Origin: Octopus sinensis
Taxonomy: Eukaryota
Assembly (NCBI RefSeq): GCF_006345805.1
Contig: NW_021833993.1
Coordinates: forward strand, 1 to 52,023
Length of the DNA stretch: 52,023 nucleotides
Reading direction: 5' to 3'
Positions 39,901-50,611 of the stretch are shown piece after piece; position 1 is the stretch's first letter, and the number at the start of each line of letters is the position of its first letter. The translations under genes were made by a program, and so were the position numbers. The notes under the pieces are model-generated. The model did no database searches. It worked only from the letters and a program-made list of their open reading frames with translations, and was not told the origin of the DNA.

Positions 39901-42900
39901 CGTGGTGGTTAAGAGCGTGGGCTACAAACCCCAAGATTGTGAGTTTGATTTCAAGCAGTGACCTGAATACTACTACTACTACTACTACTACTAATAATAA
40001 TAATAATAATAATATAATAATAATAATAATAATAATAATCTATCTATCTATCCGCTCAGTCGAAGTCAACTCTCGGTTACTCGTTGGATCAGTGTCCTCC
40101 AGTCAGTTCTATCCTGGGCCGCTTCTTTCAGATTGGCTATGTCCATGCTGGTATCACTCTTGATGGTGTCAAGCCAGCAGGTTCTTGGTCGGCCTCTTCC
40201 TCTCTTGCTACTGACCATTCCGAGTATGATGTTCTTCTCCAGGGATTTTCTCCACATAATATGACCAAAATAATAATAATAGTAATAATAATAATAATAA
40301 ATGCCCTGATGTAGTGCCAGGCAGTGGCTCTCATGGCTTCTGATCTTAACTGATTGGAAGTGTCATCATGTACATTGTTTTGTCTTGGTATAAAAGATGG
40401 GCTACAGCAAATATTCTGCTCAATACCACAGATTTGCTTGTTAGTTGTTTGACCTTAATCAGTTGAGCATGTCCCTTAGTGGCTGACAATATGTGCATCT
40501 CTCATCATGAGCAGAAGTAGTGGGGGAGCATCATAGCCATGTATTGAGAGAGATTCTTTGGGGTTTGAATAATCCACCTCTGGAAACATGGGTGGTTCGT
40601 TCAACATCCTTAAACAATCCTTATTCAGGGACTTTTTAAGCAGGATGGTCTGCTTGATCTAAAGAAAATTCTTACTGGGCCCCACCTGCAAGGTCATGTG
40701 CTGTTTATCTTGATATGAGATCATCATGTCGCGCACATATGGTTGTGATGTATGTGCCTAGTGTACCCTTATCAGACGAGTAGTCATGATGGGTACACTA
40801 GGCTTCGTATATTTTACCCGAGTGTCACTTTGATGGCATGCACTGCTCTCTCACTCAATAACAATAATAATACCGAAAAATACCTTAGGAATGAGAACCG
40901 AGATTCGAAATTTCCCCAAGACACCTGAAGAAGGCTGGAGGGTATATCACCTGAATGTGTTAACAACAAACAAGATGAGGACAAATATCTGTCGAATGTA
41001 AATAATGTAAATAATGTATGGAGCCCTCAGATGTTCCAAGTATAAGGATTACAAGTCAGTGTAGGGAACATATTTACAGCTGCTTTTCTCCTTTGCCTTG
41101 CACCTTTAACCCCATGTAATGCTGGTCAAAACCATGTCGCTAATACCATTTTGATACTACGATCTCTGTTTTGTTTTCTCCAAGGTGTTTTGGGCTGTAT
41201 TGGCTACTGAAGGGTTACTCTTCAGCTAGTCCTTATATCTGAGCCATGCTCAGCTAACATTGCTGTGTCCACTATCAAACTGTCTGTACATGAGGACTTT
41301 GGGTATTCTTTTGTCACTCATTCTGATGACATGGCCAACCCTGTAAAATTGCAACTGTATAAGGAAGCTTTCGGTTCCACCAGTCCTAGACATGTGAAAA
41401 ATGTTGGTATTAGATTCTCTGTCTTTCAGTGAATAACTGTAAATTCTCCTGCGACAGCCCTTGTGGAAGACGTCTAGTTTATTAATGTGCCACCTGTAGG
41501 GTGTCCACAATTCCAAGCCATACAAATGAGTTGTAAGAATGGCAGCTTTATAGAGAGGGACAAACAGACAGACAATGATTAAACAGAGGGAGGAGAGAGT
41601 GGGGAAACAGAGAAAGGGAGAGAGAGAGAGAGAGGCACAGAAAGAGAAGGGACAGATAGTGAAGAGAAATAACTGGGAGAGATAAAGAAATGAGATATTG
41701 AAGAGAGATAAGAGAGAGAGGAAGAGGAGGAGAGCGAGAGAGAGGGAGAGGAGGAGAGCGAGAGAGAGGGAGAGGAGGAGAGGGAGGGAGAAAAGGAGAG
41801 GGAGAGAGAGGGAGAGGAGGAGAGCGAGAGAGAGGGAGGGAGAAAAGGAGAGGGAGAGAGAGGGAGAGGAGGAGAGTGAGAGAGAATTGAAGAGAAAGAG
41901 AGAGAAGTACTTACTCCTTTCAGTTGTTTTCCTGTGTAACACGGGGACAAAGTAACTCGAAGGAACTTCCAGTGTTCGTCTCTGGCCATCGGAATCATAT
42001 CATCAAAATATTCATCTGTGTTGAATATATCCTGAAGGAACAAGGAAACAAACAAATTAAGAACAGATAAAAATTAATACCAAGAGCACTCAGAGAGTGC
42101 AAGCCTCCGCCAAGGCAACACCAATGTCCTCCCAACGATTAGCCGGAGATGATTTTTAAAATGAGAATATCTGAAATAAACTCAACTGCTCTCACAAACG
42201 AGAATGCTAAAAGGGAACCCAACCGCTCTTAAAAATTAAGTAAAAAAAAACTGTGTGTCTGTGTTTGTCCCCCTAGCATTGCTTGACAACCAATGCTGGT
42301 ATGTTTACGTCCCCGTAACTTAGCATTCGGAAAAGAGTCCGATAGAATAAGTGCTAGGCTTACAAAGATAGTCCCTGAGTCCATTTGCTCGACTAAAGCG
42401 TGCTCCAGCATGGCCGCAGTCAAATAGAATACTAAAGCGACCCAACCGCTCTTAAAAATTAAGTAAAAAAAACTGTGTGTCTGTGTTTGTCCCCCAACAT
42501 CATTTGACAACCGATGCTGGTATGTTTACGTCCCTGTAACTTAGCAGTTCGCCAAAAGAGTCCGATAGAATAAGTACTAGGCTTACAAAGAATAAGTCCT
42601 GGAGTCCATTTGCTCGACTAAAGGCGGTGCTCCAGCATGGCCGCAGTCAAATGTCTGAAACAAGTAAAAGAGAGTAAAGAGTAAAATAATCCAGAATCCT
42701 TGTCTGGTACCGGATCGATCCCAAAATCAAATCAGTTCTTGCCTGTCACGAAGCCAAATATCCCTGAAAGTTTCATCCGAGTCCATCCAGCGGTTCTTGA
42801 GGTATCTTGTCCATGGACAAACACAACTGAAAAACAATACCTCCACCTTCGCTAAGGCAGAGGTAAAAATAAGCTGATCCACAGGGAGCATAGGTTGGAA

Positions 42901-44357
42901 ATCAAAGAGACTCTCCAAACTGAGCCACTACTCCTCTGCATTAAGAGATCACAACTCTGGTACTATGAACATGTGATTAGTACCCCACAGGAAAGAAACA
43001 AGTCAACTAGGAGGTGACCTGGGTGTAGAGCAAGAATGAGGTGTTCATCATCATCATCATCATCATCATCGTTTAACGTCCGCTTTCCATGCTAGCATGG
43101 GTTGGACGATTGACTGAGGGCTGGCAAACCAGATGGCTGCACCAGGCCTCAATCTTGATCTGGCAGAGCTTCTACAGCTGGATGCCCTTCCCAACGCCAA
43201 CCACTCCAAGAGTGCAGTGGGTGCTTGTACGTGCCAGTCAGTTGTTTGGTCTCGTGACTGGCAAGAACTGATTAGATTTGGGGATTAGTCTGCTGCTGGA
43301 CAAGGATTATTCTGGATTATTTTTCTTGTGTTATATAATATATCTTCTATCTCACATATTTTACTTGTTTTAGGCATTAAACTGTGGCCATGCTGGATCA
43401 CTGCCTTGAAGAATTTTTAATCGAATGTATCAACCTTGGTACTAATTTTTTTCTTTTTTAAACCTGGTACTTAACCCTTTCATTACTGTATTTATTTTGA
43501 GATGTTCTGTGTTTCTTTCAATTACTTTAAATATAACAGAGAATTTAGTAAAATAACATCGTTATCATTAAGCTAGTGTTAGGAACATAAATTGTGACTA
43601 AGGTTAGGTGGAAGATTTTAATTCAAAACTTATGAAAACAAGACATTTGTACTCAGAACCAGAGCCAGTTTCAGCCGGGTTGGTAACGAAAGGGTTAATC
43701 TACGTATCAGTCACTGCTGAACATATTATGTAACAGGGCCATAAATGCACCAACACCAGTTGTCAAGCTGAGGTGGGAGAGGGTGACAAACACATTTACA
43801 AAGTCTACCAAATCCAACCACAAAGCTTTGGTCAGACCAAAGAATAGGAAAGAATATAATAGCCTCTCTTATCTATCAATGAGAGTCATTAAACCACGTG
43901 TTTACATAAAATATATATGTGTTGAGCAATGAGAAAATGCTGAAGTAATGATTACTGGACCTAAAAAAAAGCTATTAGATCAGTGCTTAGTTTTTATCTA
44001 GCTACTTGTAACCTTGCTTCTCTGTATCTGTCATCTCTCCATTATAGACAGAGAGATAGAAAGATGGATAGCATACCATTGTGACATAATTGCATAGCAC
44101 ATTTTTACCTCTCTCTCTCTCTCTCTCTTACCTTCTCAATCGCTCACTCACACACACATACACTTACAGACGCATATATACTTGTATATGTGTGTGTGTG
44201 TGTATGTATATATATATGTGTGTGTGTGTATAGACATGTATGTACATACACCCTAAATTATAATTTTAATAATAATTATTACCTTTGAAGGTTTTATTCC
44301 CATGCTGGCCACATGATAAGGTCATTATTTAATTTAAATTAACGATCTTATCCATAT

Positions 44358-44414
<57 letters not shown>

Positions 44415-45437
44415 TCATCATCATCATCATCGTCAAGGATAAGATCGTTATTTAAATATCAAACTTATCAAGTGGCCAGCATGGGAATAAGAACCTTCAA
44501 AGGCAATAATTTTTATTAAAATTTATAATTTAGGGTCTCTAAGAGATACCACCATGCTTGAAATAGCAGCCAAAATTTGACTCTAAAACCACATTAAAAG
44601 TTCAATGTGGTTTTAGAGTCAAGTTTTGGCTGCTATTTCAAGCGTGGTGGTACCTGTATGTATGTATATATATATATATATATATAAAACGCAAAGTAAG
44701 TTAGGGGTTATGGGTGCAACCCACTAAGGGATAGTATTTATCTAATATACTGTTGGTAAAGTACCCAAATTCTTAATACATAAATGTCTTTAATTGCAAT
44801 GCAATTAACTTATTTATTGTATTAAACGGGTGAAGGTAAAGAAATATTTTTACCGTTAATTTATAGTACAAATAAGAAAATGGAGAAACAATTTAGTTTG
44901 TTGATCAACTTTCGGATATTAGAATGTTGAATTATTTATTCATTTAACAAAATGAGAACTTTAATAGCATACATATATACATTATAATTCAATACATATA
45001 AGATAAGAATACAAATTATAAAAATCATAATATAAATTATTGAAATCATTAAAATCACTCCTTACAGCTGTTTCAGCCTGTGGTTAAAAGTAGTTTTTTT
45101 ATTGCCTATAGTTGTCAATTATATTGAGGTTGTAGGCATTTAAAAATAGGGTACTTATATATATAACCATAAGCCTCATCAGAGATTATAAAGAACTCCA
45201 TTAATATTTTTGGAGTTCTCTATAATGTGTGACTCTTTTGTCCAGCCTTTGCCATGATAGATCACTAGCCACTACACATTCTTTATTTTCTCTCCTTGTT
45301 TCTTTCTGTGTTCCTTTCTGTGGAAGAGCATAGGCTCAAAATGTTAAAGACTTTTTCACTTCCCGAGTGTTATACTAATACATCTGTTTGTTGTCTACAC
45401 CACCTGTCTTCGTCTTTTGTTTTTTGTGAATTCTCCC

Positions 45438-45473
<36 letters not shown>

Positions 45474-47746
45474 TATATATATACATATATATATGTAGGC
45501 ATGTATGTATGTGTGTATATATATATATATACACACACACACATATATATATATATATCTACGTATATATATGTAGATATGTATGCATGTATGTGTGTGT
45601 ATATATATATATGTGTGTGTGTGTGTGTTTGTGAGTCTCTGTTTGTCTCTCACCACTGCTTGACAACAATGTTGGTGTATTTATTTACGTCCCCATAACT
45701 TAGCAGTTTGGCAAAGAGAGACTGATAGAATAAGTACCAGAATTTAAAAGAGAAAAAAAAGTACTGCGGTCAATTCACTTGGCTAAAAATTCCTTAAGTC
45801 ACTGCCCCAGCATGGCCGCAGTTTCCAACCACAGGGTTCTGGGTTCAGTCCCACTGTGTGGCACCTTGGGCAAGTGTTTTCTACTATAACATGTCCAATG
45901 ACTGAAACAAATAAAAGATACAAGATAAAAGACCACCAGAAAAATCAAAGAATACTCACAGGTCTGTTGGTGAAATTGGAGAAGTTTTTGACATAGATTT
46001 CTTCCAGAGCTTTTGGATCATGAAAAACCACTTGCGGAAAACAGCCAAGATAAACACTAAATGATAAATATATAAATAAATAATTAACTATACTGATTTA
46101 TTTCTTTACTACTCACAAGGGGATAAACATAGAGAGGACAAACAAGGAGAGATAAAGGAATTAAGTCGATAATATCGACCCCAGTGCGTAACTGGTACTT
46201 ATCTAATCGATCCCGAAAGGCTGAAAGGCAAAGTCGACCTTGGCGGAATTTGAACTCAGAACGTAACGGGAGAGGAAATACTTATTTCTTTACTACCCAC
46301 AAGGGGCTAAACACAGAGAGGACAAACAAGGACAGACAAATGGATTAAGTCGATTATATCGACTCCAGTGCGTAACTGGTACTTATCTAATCGACCCCGA
46401 AAGGATGAAAGGCAAAGTCAACCTCGGCGGAATTTGAACTCAGAACATAACGGCAGACGAAATACCGCTAAGCATTTCGCCCGATGTGCCAACGATTCTG
46501 CCAGCTCGCTACCCTTTAACGTAAAGACAGACAAAATACCGTTAGGAACTTTGCCCGACGCGCTAACATTTCTGATAATTATAATTTCTGTGATTAAGAA
46601 AAATATTTGAAACAGCACAGAGGAGGACAGTGAGAGCATAAGGGGGATGGACCAGATGCTGTGGACAGTGGAGCCAACTCAGCATCAGACAACCTGACTG
46701 ATCCAAGATATCCAAATGATCAAGGGTCAGAAGAAAACACTAAAAAATGCACCTTCAGATATATAAAAATAAATAAATGCGCCCTTTTAAAGCCTAGCCA
46801 GGCTCATGAGCCCGGTTTCCCAGTTTCAATAGCATATGTGCTCCCCAGCTGGACAGGACGCCAGTCCATCGCAGCGTTACTCATTTTAGCCAGCTGAGTG
46901 GACTGGAGCAATGTGAAATGAAGTGTTTTGCTCAAGAACACAACGTGTTGCCCGGTCCAGGAATTGAAACCACAATCTTATGATCATGATGCTGACACCC
47001 TAACCACTAAGCCACGCACCTCCACACTGAACCTGATAATAATAAAATAAATGCGCCCTTTTAAAGCCTAGCCAGGCTCATGGGCCCGGTTTCCCAGTTT
47101 CACTGGCATATATGCTCCTCAGCTGGACAGGACGCCAGTCCATCGCAGCGTTACTCATTTTAGCCAGCTGAGTGGACTGGAGCAACGTGAAATGAAGAGT
47201 TTTGCTCAAGAACACAACGCGTCACCCGGTTCAGGAATCGAAACCACAATCTAGAAGTCATGAGTGCAACATCCTAACCATTAGCTGAGTGGACTGGAGC
47301 AACATGAAATTAAGTGTTTTGCTCAAGGACACAATGCACTGCCCGGTCCAGGAATTGAAACCACAGTCTAGAAGTCATGAGTGCAACATCCTAACCATTA
47401 GCTGAGTGGACTGGATCAACATGAAATGAAGTGTTTTGCTCAAGAACACAATGCACTGCCCTGTCTAGGAATTGAAACCACAATCTTACGATCATGATGC
47501 TGACACCCTAACCACTAAGCCACGTGCCTTCACTGCCTTCAGATATGGTCAATTTAAATGCTAAATGGCCAAGAGTAAACACTGTAAGCATTTCTTAGGA
47601 TTATGACAACCCAGCTTCAAATTAGGACAAGAACCAAGGTGAGAAAATAGCCATTAAAAATTATTTTACCCGAATGTATCTCCATAGATCTTTTGCCAAT
47701 GACTGAAACAGAAATGGATGTTCTGAAAGAAAAGAAAATGGCGTAT

Positions 47747-47791
<45 letters not shown>

Positions 47792-47850
47792 TATTAATAA
47801 TAATAATGATAATAATAATAATGATAATAATAATAATAATAATAATAATG

Positions 47851-47899
<49 letters not shown>

Positions 47900-50580
47900 T
47901 AATAATAATAATAATAATATGGAAATCGAAATACAGAGGATGTGGAATCTTAAAACAAAAACTGTTCCTGTTATTGTAGGTGCCCTAGGTATGATAAAAA
48001 AGGGATGTCAGAAACACCTAGACAATATCCCTGGAAAACCATGTCTCAAGGAAATCCAAAAGATTGTGCTAACAAGTACTGCCCACATCCTTAGAAAAAC
48101 CCTATCAATGTAAATGTCTGTGTTTGCATTACATGGAGATATATCTCTACTTCCCCTCCCCAAGCTTTCAGCTGTATTTCAACAACTCTTAACCTTCACT
48201 TGCCCTAGGGTGCTGGGTGTGCCCCGGCAGGTGATTGCATCAAACATGCAGATTAAAAGTAAATGACAATGATGATAATAATAATAATAATAATAAAAAA
48301 CAAAAAAAATATCATCATCAACAGCAACATTAGCAATGATAACAACAGCAACAACAACAATTCCGTTCAAAAGGAAAAGATCCGTAAATAGCATTCTGTG
48401 CCATATGAATATGTCCCTCGTTTAAGAAACAGATTGGGTTTATTTATATTTGTGAAGAAAAAAAGATACCCTTCCTCCCACCCCTAACCCTAACCCTAAA
48501 ACAGATTGAAATGCAATAGATTGATACTAGGGTCATAATTATGGATGACAATTTCATATGACACTGCTAGAAAAAACTGCCGTTCAAACCGAAAAGATCC
48601 CAGATTTATTACAGAGGGCCTCACAAATATGATGGTGTTGGAACTGATATTCAAACACTATGTTCTACTTTCCCCAACGAGAAAAGTCAGTTACTGGTTC
48701 ACTACTAAAAGCTACGTTTGGAGAATAGCTAGCTCTCATTTATCTGAGTCACAATTGTTATTACAGTGATCCCTCGTTTATCGCGGTACATTGGTTCCGA
48801 GACCGGCCGCGATGACTGAATTTCTGCAAAGTAGGGACACCATAATTACAGTATTTATTTAACGTGTATTTGCACTTTTAAAACCCTCCCAGTACAGTTA
48901 ACAACCCACCCATTACAGTTGTCTATTAATAACAAGGACAACTGTTAAGCAATAACACTTTAGATTTAAAAAAATAAAGATTGTTACTGTTACACAGGCC
49001 AGATTACAAAATAGAAAGCTGTGATTCATCGTCTCTCTCCATTGCACCAATCACAGCCTATCTTAAATTCAAATACCCCTGTATATGCTTCTTTGCTATG
49101 GCAGAACTGATAGCACGCTGGACGAAATGCGTAGCCGTATTTCGTCTGCTGTTACGTTCTGAGTTCAAATTCCGCCGAGGTCGACTTTGCCTTTCATCCT
49201 TTCGGGGTCGATAAATTAAGTACCAGTTACGCACTGGGGTCAATGTAATCGACTTAATTCGTCTGTCTGTCCTTGTTTGTCCCCTCTATGTTTAGCCCCT
49301 TGTGGGTAGTAAAGAAATAGGTATTTCGTCTGCCGCTACGTTCTGAGTTCAAATTCTGCCGAGGTTGACTTAATTTGACTGTAATCGACTTAATTCGTCT
49401 GTCTGTCCTTGTTTGTCCCCTCTATGTTTAGCCCCTTGTGGGTAGTAAAGAAATAGGTATTTCGTCTGCCGCTACGTTCTGAGTTCAAATTCTGCCGAGG
49501 TTGACTTTGCCTTTCATCCTTTCGGGGGCGATGAATTAAGTACCAGTTACGCACTGGGGTCGATGTAATCGACTTAATTCGTTTGTCTGTTCTAGTTTGT
49601 CCCCTCTATGTTTAGCCCCTTGTGGGTAATAAAGAAACATATTTTACGCTTGTGTTGTTGTTCCTAGACTAGGAAATAATATTTATAATTAATATTTTAA
49701 TGGATTTAATGAAAAATTTTAGGTGTTCATATATATATATATATATATGTCTTAAAAATCCCTGAAGTCGTGAATCAGCGATAGTTGAACCACGAAGTAG
49801 CGAAAGATCACTGTGCATGAGCAAACATCCTCAATTTTATTAAAATGAGGCCGGTGTGTTTAGCGTAATAGTGAAAACTACAACGTTAGCCTCTACATTA
49901 TAACCACTGCATGGCGTAGTGGTTAGGGTGTTGGACTCATGTAAATAGCACCTATGTATTCAAGCCATCATCATCATTGTTCGACCGTGGTCGAGACAAT
50001 GGAATTTACTATGTTACGCCAGACTTCACGATCCATCATAGCATTACAGAGGTCCTGTTGCTGGATGCCTGTATCCCTGGAGATTACATCAGGGTAGGAG
50101 AGTGTGCGCCCTCTGATATCGTGAGTAGATGGCTTCCAGAGGAGAAGAGTAGAAATTACAACAATGTCCAGCAAACTGGACTCTCCTACCTTTCACAAGA
50201 GATGATACAGGTGGTAATTTCCCATATATTTGTACTTTGGTTGGATGGCGCTTCCACGAGAGATTTTGAGCTCTCATAAGGAGGCGAGTGTAAGTTCCAT
50301 CCAACCGCCTCTCAAGCTTCTTTGATAACATCCAGGTTTCTTGACTTAAAATCTTCAAAGCCATATAGTAGAACCAATTCTACTTATAGAAACCATCTAA
50401 CCCATGCAAGCATGGAGAGCGAACTTTAAATGATGATGATGATGGTGGTGGTGGTGGCGGTGGTGCTGATGATGATGATGATGGTGTTGATGATGATGAT
50501 GATGATGATAATGATAATAATGGTAGTGGTGGTGGTGATGATGATGATGGTGTTGATGATGATAATGATGATGATGATGT

Positions 50581-50611
<31 letters not shown>

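Noticed and set aside
40921-40962. Hammerhead-like CTGAAGA-AGGCTG.. motif on the plus strand
   Set aside because: The GAAA box reads GAAT and stem II is disrupted. A degenerate remnant at best.
45318-45352. Minimal hammerhead-like GAAGAGC..GCTCAAAAT
   Set aside because: Both the CUGA and GAAAC boxes are mutated.
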